A stretch of 64,000 nt of DNA from Pelagomonas calceolata (Eukaryota). The translations under genes and the position numbers were made by a program. This document shows, one piece after another, positions 45,497 through 55,429 of the stretch; the stretch's first letter is position 1; every line of letters starts with the position of its first letter. The stretch is taken from positions 1,178,001-1,242,000 of the forward strand of contig CAKKNE010000005.1 of assembly GCA_918797485.1 (NCBI GenBank), read 5' to 3'. Below the pieces are notes generated by a model. That model searched no databases and was not told the origin of the DNA. It was given only the letters and a program-made list of their open reading frames with translations.

Positions 45497-46552
45497 TTAC
45501 GCTCGACAGGTCCGCACGCCCCGCGCGTGCGCCACCGCGGCACCTCGCGCAGCGCTACTTCGCGCGTCGAGCGGCTCGCCGCGCGCCGCTTTGACGGCGC
45601 ACGCCACGCGGTCGCGCCGCGGCGGCTCGAGCGCGTCGAGCGCCTCCCGGGCGCGCGCCGCTGCACTAGTGGAGGCGCCCGCGGCGGCGAGGCGCGCGCG
45701 CACGGCCGTCGCCGCGAGCTCGCGCTTCGAGGGACCCTGCGGCGGCGGCGGCGGCGGTCGAGGAGTTTCAGCGTCGCCGGCGGCCGCGCGCGCGGCCTCC
45801 GCCACCGCATTTCCTACATGGCCGCCCACCGCGGCGCACGCTTTTTCAATAGACGTCAATAATTCACCTCGATCGTCCACCGCAATAGCCTGGAAGGCCG
45901 CCCGCGCCGCCTCGACGGCGACTTGAGTCAGCTCGACTTCCGGCGACGGCGTACCTAAAGCCACTGACCGCTTCCGTAACCTATCGACATACGACAGCTC
46001 GAACGCGATGTAATGGGACCACAGCTCGTGCTTCTCGCCGTTGAAGCGCAAAGCGCGCTGCAGCAGCCGCCGCGCGGCCGTCGCGTTGCCCCTATCCTTG
46101 AGTTCCCACCTGGCTGCCGCGAGCCACGGTTCGAGGGACGTGGCGTTCGCGCGGCAGGCCCTTGCTAAAACGCGGCCGACGGCCTTTGGTTGGTTCGTCT
46201 TTTTTAGGTATGAAACGTAGTCGAGCCACAATCGGGAGTCGTCTGAAAACCGGCTCAGCGCCCGCTCGTAGAGCGCGGCAATTCTTCGAGCCTGGAAGTG
46301 GTCGCCCGGGCCTCTTTTGATTGAGACCTTCTTGGCCCGTCTCACAGATAATAAAGCGTCGCACTTCTCCTCGTAGGCGATGGCTCTTGCGTACGCGGCG
46401 CGCGTCGGCTGCGTCGCCGATAAATTGAGCTCGAGCCGTTCGCGCTTCTCGAGGACGGATCTTGCTTCGCCGTGCGTCAGGAGCTTGCGCTCCTCGAGGT
46501 CGGCGAGGGCGCTGCGGCCCAGCGGGTCGAGGACGTAGGACTCGCTCGTCAT
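45497..46552 (-). CDS. UTP6: U3 snoRNA-associated protein 6-like (HAT repeats)
   Basis: LADLEERKLLT...YARAIAYE...LLSVRR, YERALSRFSDDSRLWLDY, AARWEL...ARRLLQRALRFN. Confidence 0.8.
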   Translation of the reverse strand: MTSESYVLDPLGRSALADLEERKLLTHGEARSVLEKRERLELNLSATQPTRAAYARAIAYEEKCDALLSVRRAKKVSIKRGPGDHFQARRIAALYERALSRFSDDSRLWLDYVSYLKKTNQPKAVGRVLARACRANATSLEPWLAAARWELKDRGNATAARRLLQRALRFNGEKHELWSHYIAFELSYVDRLRKRSVALGTPSPEVELTQVAVEAARAAFQAIAVDDRGELLTSIEKACAAVGGHVGNAVAEAARAAAGDAETPRPPPPPPQGPSKRELAATAVRARLAAAGASTSAAARAREALDALEPPRRDRVACAVKAARGEPLDARSSAARGAAVAHARGVRTCRA

Positions 46553-46827
46553 TGTTCGTCGCGGCGGCGGCGTGCAGGCCCTCCGCTGTTTCGTTACTAC
46601 GACTGCACGCCCTCCGCCGAGCTCGGCGCCACGAATGCGGCTGGTTGCAGAGTACTGCGGAGCGATGAGCTGCTGCGTGCAGTCTCTGTAATCGCTCGGT
46701 GCGCAGCGGATAGCCTCGCTGTGTGTTCGCACACTGGCACCCGTTCGATGCGAGTCACTGCACCACGTTTTGTGCACTCCAACGTGTATAGCTAGCAAGC
46801 AAAAAGCAAAAGCAAAGACTCGAGCAA

Positions 46828-46848
46828 CTAGCGGTGTAAGACACTAGC
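46828..46848. promoter_or_regulatory. Recurrent intergenic motif
   Basis: ctagcggtgtaagacactagc, upstream of the UTP6-like gene. Confidence 0.6.
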
Positions 46849-46877
46849 AAAAAAATTCACAGGTCACATATTACACG

Positions 46878-48773
46878 CTACGGGGCCTTTTCGTCGGCGG
46901 TGCAGCCCGGACACGGCTCCCCCCCGAAGTCCTCCACGTCGGGGTCGAACCAGGACCCGTCCTCCCTGGCAAACCGCACGCGGAAGTTCGTGAGGTACCA
47001 CTCGGCGACTCCATTGTTTTTCTTGTCGGCGGCGCCGAGGGCCGTGCCGGGCGCGGTGAGGCGCTTCGCCTCCGGCAGGGGCTCGGGCTTTGTGGGAGGC
47101 GGCTGCGGATAGTAGGGCTTCCCGGGCGGCGTCACCGGCTTCGCGACAGATCGGTCGTCTCTAATACAAACGTGGTTCGCCTTGACCGGCCCCACCGCTT
47201 TATACCCTCGTTGCCCACAGAACTCCACCACATCAAATAAAGCTTCCGGTCGCACCGACTGCATGACCTTCGACTCGAAGGCTATTAGTCGTGGGCGGTG
47301 TCTCCCCAGATCCAAAGAGTACACCACGGAATCGTCGAAGCCCTCGACGTCAATCATCACATAATCGGCGCGACCGCCCGCAAACGCGTCCAATAACGAC
47401 GCAGCCTTAAAACAGGCAATTTCGTCATACGTTATGTCCGCGTCATTCTTGAAATTCTTTTTGAGGTTTTCTGGATCTAAAGAGTTGAGTTCGTAGAGCC
47501 ACTTCTGGCGCCAACTTCCATCAGGGGTATCGAAGGCCTTCGGGTGCTTCTCCGGATGATCGACGGCGTCTCGGTACCACTGCTCTATTATCGACCACTT
47601 GGGATGATAGATCTTGACTCGATCATTCACACAGCAGTCGTCACACACGGCCCCATGCACGAACTCGGCCTCGAAACCGGGACCTTGGAAGGCCGCCGTC
47701 GACGAGTAGACTTTTTTTAATCTCTCGAAATTGCGTTGTGTCGGTTCGACCAGCACCACTTTGATGGGTATTGATGAGTAGTGCCTCCGCGCGTATATGA
47801 GAGCTTCCCTCACGGCGTCGTCGCCGTCATTCGAACCGACTTGCACGACAACGAGTGGTGAGAGATCTTTTTTCGACAGCTTGTCTTCGAGTAAGCAAAG
47901 GACGTGGTAGATCTGCTCGTCCCGGAAGCGTCCCGGGTTTCCTTGCAGTGTTGTTTCCTTCCTGTGGACGCAGTTGGCGTACCACTCCGGTAGTGTAGCT
48001 AGATTCGGTGCGGTTTGCTCGGTGAAAAACTTGCTCCTTGAATTCCCGAGGGGCGGGATCGTTACACTTTCAGAAGGGTTGGCACCGGGCCAGGTCCAGG
48101 ACGGGGCGCTCTTCTTGACGGAAGGCAACGTAATCACACTAGAAAGTTTTTTGGATCGCTCCGGTAGTAAATCACCTCTAGCAGCTTTGACTTTCTGCGA
48201 CGCGAGCCAGGTGCCGAGCGGCTTGCCCTCGACCACTTCACTGCGACCCGGCTCCGTCTTGTGCTGGGCCACGTACCTTGCTAATAAGTCGAAATTGCGA
48301 GCCCACGTATCCTCTTTTCTTTCTGTTTTTGACCTCAGACCCGTCACGCCTAACTCCTCGAGCATCTTGACGCGGTTAGGTGCCATCAACCCCTCCAGGG
48401 CTTCGCGCTTCTGCCGCCGCAGCCACGCAGCGAGCGGCACGCCCCGCTCCCGGTGTGCGGGCGGCACGTCGGCGTGACCCTCCCTTCGGACAAACTCCGT
48501 CAATAACACGTGGGCGTCGTCCCAGCGCCCCTCCATGGGGTGCACCAAGCCGCCCGCGGCCCGGAACTCCGCCACCCTACCAGCATCAAGAGTACCTCGC
48601 CGGATCGACGCGCGCGTGGACGCGAGCCACTTGCCCAGCGGGTGGTCGAGCGGCACGTCGGGGTGGCCCCGCTCTCCCACAAAGACCGCGAGCTGCTCGA
48701 GGTTCTCCAGCCACTTCGCTTGGTCGTTTTGCGCGCGTGCGAGCGCCAGCAGCAGGAGGCCGAGGCGGCGCAT
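46878..48773 (-). CDS. Signal peptide + ~3 helicase-associated (HA) repeats + FkbM-family methyltransferase
   Basis: MRRLGLLLLALARA; three repeats of W...L..F....GH.DVP....LG.WL..Q...L; VQVGSNDG, LVEP, YVMIDVEGFD, RPRLIAFE. Confidence 0.75.
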   Translation of the reverse strand: MRRLGLLLLALARAQNDQAKWLENLEQLAVFVGERGHPDVPLDHPLGKWLASTRASIRRGTLDAGRVAEFRAAGGLVHPMEGRWDDAHVLLTEFVRREGHADVPPAHRERGVPLAAWLRRQKREALEGLMAPNRVKMLEELGVTGLRSKTERKEDTWARNFDLLARYVAQHKTEPGRSEVVEGKPLGTWLASQKVKAARGDLLPERSKKLSSVITLPSVKKSAPSWTWPGANPSESVTIPPLGNSRSKFFTEQTAPNLATLPEWYANCVHRKETTLQGNPGRFRDEQIYHVLCLLEDKLSKKDLSPLVVVQVGSNDGDDAVREALIYARRHYSSIPIKVVLVEPTQRNFERLKKVYSSTAAFQGPGFEAEFVHGAVCDDCCVNDRVKIYHPKWSIIEQWYRDAVDHPEKHPKAFDTPDGSWRQKWLYELNSLDPENLKKNFKNDADITYDEIACFKAASLLDAFAGGRADYVMIDVEGFDDSVVYSLDLGRHRPRLIAFESKVMQSVRPEALFDVVEFCGQRGYKAVGPVKANHVCIRDDRSVAKPVTPPGKPYYPQPPPTKPEPLPEAKRLTAPGTALGAADKKNNGVAEWYLTNFRVRFAREDGSWFDPDVEDFGGEPCPGCTADEKAP

Positions 48774-49272
48774 GGCCGCTCGTGCGATGCGACCGATCAA
48801 TTGTAATGCGCCGGCGCGTCGGTGGCGTCGCGCCGTTGCCGTGCAGATGCGGGCTGCCCTGTGCAGGCGAAGGCAATAATGCCACTCTCTGTCTCGCAAA
48901 ATTTGTGCGGGCTGCGGGAGGTTCGGGTTCGGCTGCCCGGCGACTCGTACGGCCCGTGCGGGGCGCGGGCACGCGTCGCGGACGGCTGGAGGAATAAAAT
49001 TATTTTAGACAGCAAAAAATAGAGACCAAAAGACGGCCGACGCCGCGGCCGAATTTGTCCGCATACGGCCGGCGCAGCGCAGCTCTCCGACGGTTCTACC
49101 CGCCGTTGTCGAGCAGCTAAGCAGCGCTAAGGCCTGCGCGTCGGCGCGAGGCCGCCGCCAGATTTTAGAGAGCTGCCAGCTCCCTCGACGCGTGCCGCCG
49201 CCGCCGCGCGAGGATACAAAGCCGCCCCGTCGTTGACAGCAGCGCTCAGACGCCACAGAAGCCGCCGCAAGA

Positions 49273-51186
49273 ATGAGGACCATCTTCACCGGCGCCGCGC
49301 GCGCGGCGCTCGTCCTCGCGACGTGCCGCGCGTTTTACTTACCTGGCGTGGCCCCCAGAACGTTTAGATATGGCGACAAAGTAGAACTCAAGGTGAACAA
49401 GCTCACGAGTGTCCATACGCAGATCCCCTACGACTACTACTCCCTCAAGTTCTGTCGACCGCGGGGCGGGATTAAGCAAGCGACGGAGAACCTGGGCGAG
49501 TTCCTGAGCGGCGACCTCATCGAGAACTCGCCCTACCACTTGTTTATGGAGCAGGACCAGTTCTGCAAGGTGCTCTGTCAGGTGGACCTGACGAAGTCGG
49601 ACGTCGCCGCGTTAAAGACGATCATTCGCGAGGAGTATCACCACAACTGGATTATTGATAATCTCCCGGCGGCGTCGATTGTGGACTCGGAGCAGTACAT
49701 CATCACGGCCTACGCGGGCGGCTTTCCGGTCGGGTATCAAGATCATAAGGCGTCTTACCTGTTCAACCACGTGAACATCATCGTGGAGTACCACCCTTTA
49801 GATGATGGTTCTCGCGTAGTAGGCTTCTACGTCGAGCCCTTCACGGTGAAGCACAAGTTCGCCAACGACGCGAAGTGGGACGGGTCTGGTGAGGCTCCTC
49901 CACTCTCAACCTGTGACAAGAGCGGCCCGATGGTCTACGAAGCGATTGCCGCCAAACAAGATGTGCAAACCGGTCCCGTCATCTTCACGTACGACGTGCT
50001 GTGGCGCGCGTCGAACGTCAAGTGGGCGTCGCGGTGGGACATCTACCTGTCGATGGACAACGCGGTCCCGGATAAAGTGCACTGGTTCTCGATAGTAAAT
50101 TCTCTACTCATAGTGTTATTTTTGACGGTCATGGTGGCCATGATCATGGTGCGCAATTTACACAGGGACATCGTCCGGTATAATCGCGTGTTGAGTGATG
50201 AAGAGAAGGCCGAGGATCGCGAGGAGTCGGGCTGGAAGCTCGTGCACGCCGACGTTTTCAGACCGCCCGACAAGCTGCCCATGTTGTTCTGCGTCTGCGT
50301 CGGTACGGGGGTTCAAGTACTCTTATGTGCTGCTATCGCACTCATCTTCGCGGCGGCGGGCTTCCTCTCACCAGCTAATAGAGGTAGTCTGGCGACCGCA
50401 GTACTCGTCCTCTTCGTGATGATGGGCATCTTCGCCGGGTATGCCTCCGCCACTCTATACAAAACATTTAAAGGTAGGCTCTGGCAGAAGTGCACGCTGT
50501 GCACGGCGTTCGCGTTCCCGGGCATTTGTTTTGGCACGTTCCTGACCTTCGACTCGTTACTGTACTACTACGGCTCGACGGGGGCCGTGCCCGTCGCTTC
50601 ATTGGTATCACTCTTGGCATTATGGTTCGGAGTCTCAGTACCTTTAGTATTTGTCGGAGCCTACCTCGGATACAAGCGCGAGCCGCTGGCCTACCCCACA
50701 ATCACCAGCAACATCCCGCGGGAAGTGCCGACGCCCCAGCCCTGGTACCTGTCCGTGTGGTTCACGACCACCGTAGGGGGTATCCTACCCTTTGGGGCGT
50801 GCTTCGTGGAGTTGTTCTTTATTCTCTCGAGCATGTGGATGGACCAGTACTACTACGTGTTTGGCTTCACGGGGTTGGTCTTCATCATCCTCGTAGCGAC
50901 GTGCTGCGAGATCACGATCGTGCTGTGCTACTTCCAGCTGTGCTCGGAGAACCACCGCTGGTGGTGGCGGTCGTTCTTGACCTCTGGGAGCACGGCCTTC
51001 TACGTGTTTGCGTATAGCGTCGACTACTTCCGGAGGCTCGGCGCCGACGAGTGGTTCACGTACGTGCTCTACTTCGGCTACATGGGCCTGATATGCGTGG
51101 GGCTGTTCCTGTTGACGGGCACGTGCGGCTTCCTGGCCTGCCTCTGGTTCACGAAGAAGATCTACGCGAGCATCAAGGTCGACTAG
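49273..51186 (+). CDS. TM9SF: Transmembrane 9 superfamily (EMP70/nonaspanin) protein
   Basis: FYLPGVAP, ENLGEFLSGD, HWFSIVNS, EESGWKLVHADVFRPP, GGILPFGA, WWWRSF, and C-terminal IKVD. Confidence 0.95.
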   Translation: MRTIFTGAARAALVLATCRAFYLPGVAPRTFRYGDKVELKVNKLTSVHTQIPYDYYSLKFCRPRGGIKQATENLGEFLSGDLIENSPYHLFMEQDQFCKVLCQVDLTKSDVAALKTIIREEYHHNWIIDNLPAASIVDSEQYIITAYAGGFPVGYQDHKASYLFNHVNIIVEYHPLDDGSRVVGFYVEPFTVKHKFANDAKWDGSGEAPPLSTCDKSGPMVYEAIAAKQDVQTGPVIFTYDVLWRASNVKWASRWDIYLSMDNAVPDKVHWFSIVNSLLIVLFLTVMVAMIMVRNLHRDIVRYNRVLSDEEKAEDREESGWKLVHADVFRPPDKLPMLFCVCVGTGVQVLLCAAIALIFAAAGFLSPANRGSLATAVLVLFVMMGIFAGYASATLYKTFKGRLWQKCTLCTAFAFPGICFGTFLTFDSLLYYYGSTGAVPVASLVSLLALWFGVSVPLVFVGAYLGYKREPLAYPTITSNIPREVPTPQPWYLSVWFTTTVGGILPFGACFVELFFILSSMWMDQYYYVFGFTGLVFIILVATCCEITIVLCYFQLCSENHRWWWRSFLTSGSTAFYVFAYSVDYFRRLGADEWFTYVLYFGYMGLICVGLFLLTGTCGFLACLWFTKKIYASIKVD

Positions 51187-51468
51187 GCGGTGTCGGCCTT
51201 ATCCCTCTCCCCCCGTTTAAACATCGGTTTGATTATATCTGTTCTCTCCAGGGGAAAACCCGTTTTGGCACTCGAGTCGAGTGTGCGGCTGCGTAGTCCG
51301 CACGCGCATTCGTGGCCTTTCGCGTGTCTGAATTAAGGCGAAGTGAGCCTGCGAGCGCTCGTGCACGATAAGCCTCGAGAGAGCTAGGCCTCTAGCGGCG
51401 CGAAGCCAGTAGACGGCCCCGCGCTGACTAGTACTCTGCAGGAACCGCTCAAAAAGTCAGTCAAGGAG

Positions 51469-51975
51469 TTGGACACGCTGCTGGGGTCCGGCTGGCAGGA
51501 AAAGTGTGGTCTCGTCAAGGAGGTTTCGAGCAAAGGTGAGACGGAGTGGGTCCTCGAAAAGCACGCGGCCGAGTTTAAAGATAAGGGCGCCGACTTTATC
51601 AAGACGACGTACGGTGTGAAAGAAGACGATCCGGTGCGAACAACTGCGAAGAAGGACGCGGTCGCGAACGCCGAGAGGGAACTTGAGGCCATAGAAGCTG
51701 ACGTTCGAGCCGACACGACAAACTTTGAGTCGACGTATAACAATTTAGGCGGCACGTCGCGGGCCGACTTGCAACAGCCCGACCCGTCGCCCAAGGTCAA
51801 GCAACAGCCGGACAGCCTGCATGGCAACCGCGCGGCTACCACGACGCAGCCCAGCTCTCAAGAACAAAGCGCCGACGTGAAGGAGGCGTTGATGAACGCG
51901 CAGGAGCTACTAGCAAAGGCCAACGGCGGCAATAGCGGCACGTGTAGCGGCTCGTGCAACTGCGTCATAGCCTGA
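51469..51975 (+). CDS. Hypothetical short protein with possible C-terminal CaaX (CVIA)
   Basis: Natural-looking ORF ending CSGSCNCVIA. No in-frame ATG near the 5' end, so the start is uncertain and it may be a fragment. Confidence 0.35.
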   Translation: MDTLLGSGWQEKCGLVKEVSSKGETEWVLEKHAAEFKDKGADFIKTTYGVKEDDPVRTTAKKDAVANAERELEAIEADVRADTTNFESTYNNLGGTSRADLQQPDPSPKVKQQPDSLHGNRAATTTQPSSQEQSADVKEALMNAQELLAKANGGNSGTCSGSCNCVIA

Positions 51976-52052
51976 ACATAACACCTGCCTGCGCGGCGAC
52001 GCCTCCCCGCGGGCCCCCCCACGAGTAAACACGACTAGCAAACTTACGCAGA

Positions 52053-52769
52053 CTAGTCGAACACCCGGAAGTGCAGGAACTTGAACGTGATGTACGCCGC
52101 CGTCGTCAGCGACAGGTACTGCGACGTGAACACGTCGAGCGCGTCGACGAATTGTCTAGCGAGCCCGATGGCCTCGCCCGCCGTCTTCGACACGGTAAAG
52201 GCGACGACGGCGGGCTTCGGCGACGCGTCGTCTTCGTCGCTCAATTGCTCAATAGCTTTCGTAGAAACGAACCGCGACGGCATGCCCAAAAAAAAGTCGA
52301 ACCACGTCACGACGACCTGTAAAATCTTCGTCGAGCCGACTAAAATAAAATTCAGGACCAACGCGAAGATCGTGCCCGCTAAAAAAGTTTCCACCGTTTC
52401 GTGAAAAGGTAGGACCCAGGACAGGCCATTCTTCTGAACGAAGGGCAACACGGCCTCGCCGAAGAAGGACTCGACGACGCACAGTTCTAATCTCACACGC
52501 AACAGACCGCCCGCGATCAAGGGAGCGTACTCCTCGAAGACTTTCGGTCCGACGATGATCGCGAGCGACTGCTGCGCGCCGCGGTAGATGGCGTCGCTCG
52601 CGGTACACACGGGCGCGAACTTCGACGGGTCGAAGGCGGCGACCGTCGCCGGGTCGAAAGCATGTAAAGCGGTTGGTCGGTGGAAGGCGGGCTGCTTGTG
52701 TAGCAGTGGTCGCCTCCGGGGCGTGACCAGCGCGGTGGCGCTGCAGGCGAGGTAGGCCAGTCGTCGCAT
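52053..52769 (-). CDS. Putative plastid-targeted membrane protein of unknown function
   Basis: Presequence MRRLAYLACSATA-LV; hydrophobic segments ETFLAGTIFALVLNFILVG and YITFKFLHF. Confidence 0.65.
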   Translation of the reverse strand: MRRLAYLACSATALVTPRRRPLLHKQPAFHRPTALHAFDPATVAAFDPSKFAPVCTASDAIYRGAQQSLAIIVGPKVFEEYAPLIAGGLLRVRLELCVVESFFGEAVLPFVQKNGLSWVLPFHETVETFLAGTIFALVLNFILVGSTKILQVVVTWFDFFLGMPSRFVSTKAIEQLSDEDDASPKPAVVAFTVSKTAGEAIGLARQFVDALDVFTSQYLSLTTAAYITFKFLHFRVFD

Positions 52770-52858
52770 CGTTGCAAGCGGTATTTCTGAGCTTGCTGGA
52801 GGATCGTTAAGGTGGCTATGGCTGCCTTTTCGACACCAGCTCTGTCTCGATCCCGAGG

Positions 52859-52884
52859 CTAGCGGGCCTGTAAACACACTAGCA
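52859..52884. promoter_or_regulatory. Recurrent intergenic motif
   Basis: ctagcgggcctgtaaacacactagca, between divergent genes. Confidence 0.55.
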
Positions 52885-53180
52885 TCGGTTTTGGGTTACC
52901 GTTCCTAGGTACCCGTCGTCGCGTAGGCGCTCGGCGGGGAGGCCGTGCGTCGCGCGCCGAGCGGTGCGACGAGACACTAGCACAGCGGCCTCTCTTTGGC
53001 ACAGCGCTTTGTTCGTCAGACGAGCGTCTCGCGCACAAATCCTGCACGCCGGGCTGCGCGACGACGCAGGCACGCTCGTCGCCGCACCTGGCTCCACTCT
53101 CGTCGGCTGCGCGACGCCGCGGCGCGCAACTGGGCAGCCAAACCAGCTGGGCAGCCTCGGAGAGCGTCGCAACGCGAACG

Positions 53181-53588
53181 ATGTCCATCAAGTCGCCGAG
53201 CAACGACGACTGGATCCGCTACGTCCCCGAGATCCATCCCTCGGGATTGCGGCAGTTCGGCGGCCCGAACAATACTGGCGACGCGTGGCGCCACGGCGCC
53301 TACAAGGGCGAGACCTCGGCCTCGAATCCGCTGCGGCGGCACGTCGCGACGGCGACGAACGTGTCGACGCGGCGCGACGCGAATTTGGACCGGGCCTGGA
53401 AGGGCTGCGGCAAGAGCAAGCGCGACGATGCGATCGCGAACGGCTTCGACGTGGGACCGCCTACGGAGCAGCCGGTCGTCGAGGGCTTCGGGGGCACGAA
53501 CTGGGGCGCGCACGGCCGGGCGATGAGCCCGTCGGTCGGCGAGCGGCCGCGGTTGGAAGGAGAGACGCACCGGATCCCTAAGCTTTGA
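53181..53588 (+). CDS. Hypothetical protein (135 aa)
   Basis: ATG-initiated ORF with natural composition, downstream of the recurrent intergenic motif. Confidence 0.5.
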   Translation: MSIKSPSNDDWIRYVPEIHPSGLRQFGGPNNTGDAWRHGAYKGETSASNPLRRHVATATNVSTRRDANLDRAWKGCGKSKRDDAIANGFDVGPPTEQPVVEGFGGTNWGAHGRAMSPSVGERPRLEGETHRIPKL

Positions 53589-53839
53589 AGTCTAGTTCTC
53601 GGTCCCTGCCTCTCCGTCTTGTGGCCGACGCGTCGGCGGCGCGCGAGGGCTCTCGCTTTTTTAGTGGGCGGAGTCCCTGGCCCAGGTGGGGGGAGACACC
53701 GCGCGTCGCCGATTCATCGGCGGCGGGCGCGTGCCGCGTCTTTCATAACAGCGTACCTCTTTCTAAGCTCCGCGTTCAATGATGTACCGTATTAGTATTG
53801 TTAAGGTGCCGGGACTAAGTGGGCATCCGCGTTTAGCAG

Positions 53840-53861
53840 CTAGCGGCGGTAAGACACTAGC
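53840..53861. promoter_or_regulatory. Recurrent intergenic motif
   Basis: ctagcggcggtaagacactagc, upstream of the gene at 54022. Confidence 0.6.
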
Positions 53862-54021
53862 AAGCAAAGCCGAGCCGCGGCCGGAGCGGCCTCTAAAAGG
53901 CGTCCCGCTGCAAAGCGTACGACTAGAACTTCTTAGGGTTCACTCCTCCAACACCAGCAGTCGCCTCTGAGCAGCGCTTTTGGCTGCCTTGACGCAAAAG
54001 CACCGGAGAGCCTCCTAGAGC

Positions 54022-54852
54022 ATGGAAGCGCCAGGCGACGACGCCCGCGGCGCGCGCATGCGGCGCACGCTGACGCGCGAACTCCCGAGCGCGAAAGCCA
54101 TAAGAGCCATGCTCGGCGCGGCGCCCGTGCAGTCGGACAAGCCACCCGCATTAGAACGCCGAGCCGCCGATAGAGACAGCATGCCCCACGAGTACGCGCG
54201 AGTGGTGGCCCTGTCTCGGGTCAAGGGCGGCCGCGTCGCTCATGTCTCGCAAGTAGTTGGTGACTTGGTACTGAGAGTCCCGAACGTCACGAACGAATCC
54301 GCGTTCGCTTTGGAGGTCATCGTCACGGGCCGGAGGTATCGCCTGGACGTCCTGAAGAGCGACTTGGAGTCGGTGCACACGAAGGAGGAGATCACGGAAC
54401 TTTCTAGGGATGCCGAGTCGGAATTGGAGTGCTCGGGGTGCGGACGGCGCTTCGGCTCCGAGATGCACTGGCTCGCGCACCAATCGGCTCCATGCTGCAC
54501 GAAGAAAAGGGGCGAGCCGGCGAAGAAGAAGCGGCGGTCGCGGAAGAAGGTGACGACGGCTCGCATCGCGTTTCGGGACGACGCTGATATATCTTGGCGC
54601 GTCGAGACGGCCGCTTCTCTGGTGCCACTACTTCGTACAGATGCCTTCTGGGGCGCGCCGGCGGACTGGGCGCCCTGCGCGCCGGCCGCGGACCCGCTCA
54701 AGGGCGAGACGTCTAGGGCTCGGGTCTTGACGCTGCGGCCGCGGAGCGGCGTGAACTTGGTTGAAGTGCTCGGGCCGCTGCGGCACCTGGTGACGCCCGC
54801 GCCGGTCGCGGAGGTTGAGAACGGCGCGGCGGCGGAAGGGGAGGGTGTATAG
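54022..54852 (+). CDS. Hypothetical protein with a C2H2-like zinc finger and basic NLS
   Basis: CSGCGRRFGSEMHWLAHQSAPC; KKKRRSRKK. Confidence 0.6.
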   Translation: MEAPGDDARGARMRRTLTRELPSAKAIRAMLGAAPVQSDKPPALERRAADRDSMPHEYARVVALSRVKGGRVAHVSQVVGDLVLRVPNVTNESAFALEVIVTGRRYRLDVLKSDLESVHTKEEITELSRDAESELECSGCGRRFGSEMHWLAHQSAPCCTKKRGEPAKKKRRSRKKVTTARIAFRDDADISWRVETAASLVPLLRTDAFWGAPADWAPCAPAADPLKGETSRARVLTLRPRSGVNLVEVLGPLRHLVTPAPVAEVENGAAAEGEGV

Positions 54853-54869
54853 GTTTTCTTATCCATTCA

Positions 54870-55217
54870 CTAGTAGTAGTGTCCCCTCGGGTTTTCTCTT
54901 ACCGTAGCAAGGTATTCCTCGCGCCGCGTCGCGTGCTGCTGCTTCGCCGCGCGGTACTCGTCGAGGTCGTCGAACTCGCGGCCGGGGAAGAGTTGGCTGG
55001 ACCACTTGCCGTTTTGTTTCTGGTGGGCTCCCTCAACACGTTTCTTCAGCGGCGTGCCGCCGGCCTTCCCTTTCGTAGGCCGCTTGCGCTTTTCCGGCGG
55101 CGGCGCGCGCGCAGGTCGTACCTCGAAAGAACCGCGCAACCGCGCCGCCAATGGATTGGTGATGAGGACATCAAGATCCCAGTCTGAGACACCAGGGCTT
55201 CGAGGCAGATCGAGCAT
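54870..55217 (-). CDS. Small basic hypothetical protein
   Basis: ATG at 55217; KRKRPTKGK...FPGREFDDLDEYRAAK. Confidence 0.4.
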   Translation of the reverse strand: MLDLPRSPGVSDWDLDVLITNPLAARLRGSFEVRPARAPPPEKRKRPTKGKAGGTPLKKRVEGAHQKQNGKWSSQLFPGREFDDLDEYRAAKQQHATRREEYLATVRENPRGHYY

Positions 55218-55429
55218 TCCTCCATGCTGGCGGCGCGAGGACACCGGAGGTATTTCAGACGTTGTCCGAGGCTCTAATCTTATCACCAGACGAACCCGCG
55301 GAGGGCACGGCGAGGCGCAACACACTCTCTCTCTCTCTCTTGCGCTGGAAAACCCGTTTTGTCGGCCGCATGCGCCGCCGTCCGCGACAACAAGTCCTAC
55401 AGAGAGCGAGCAAGTAGCCAAAACTAGGA

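Noticed and set aside
55324..55340. (CT)n microsatellite
   Set aside because: Short and ordinary.
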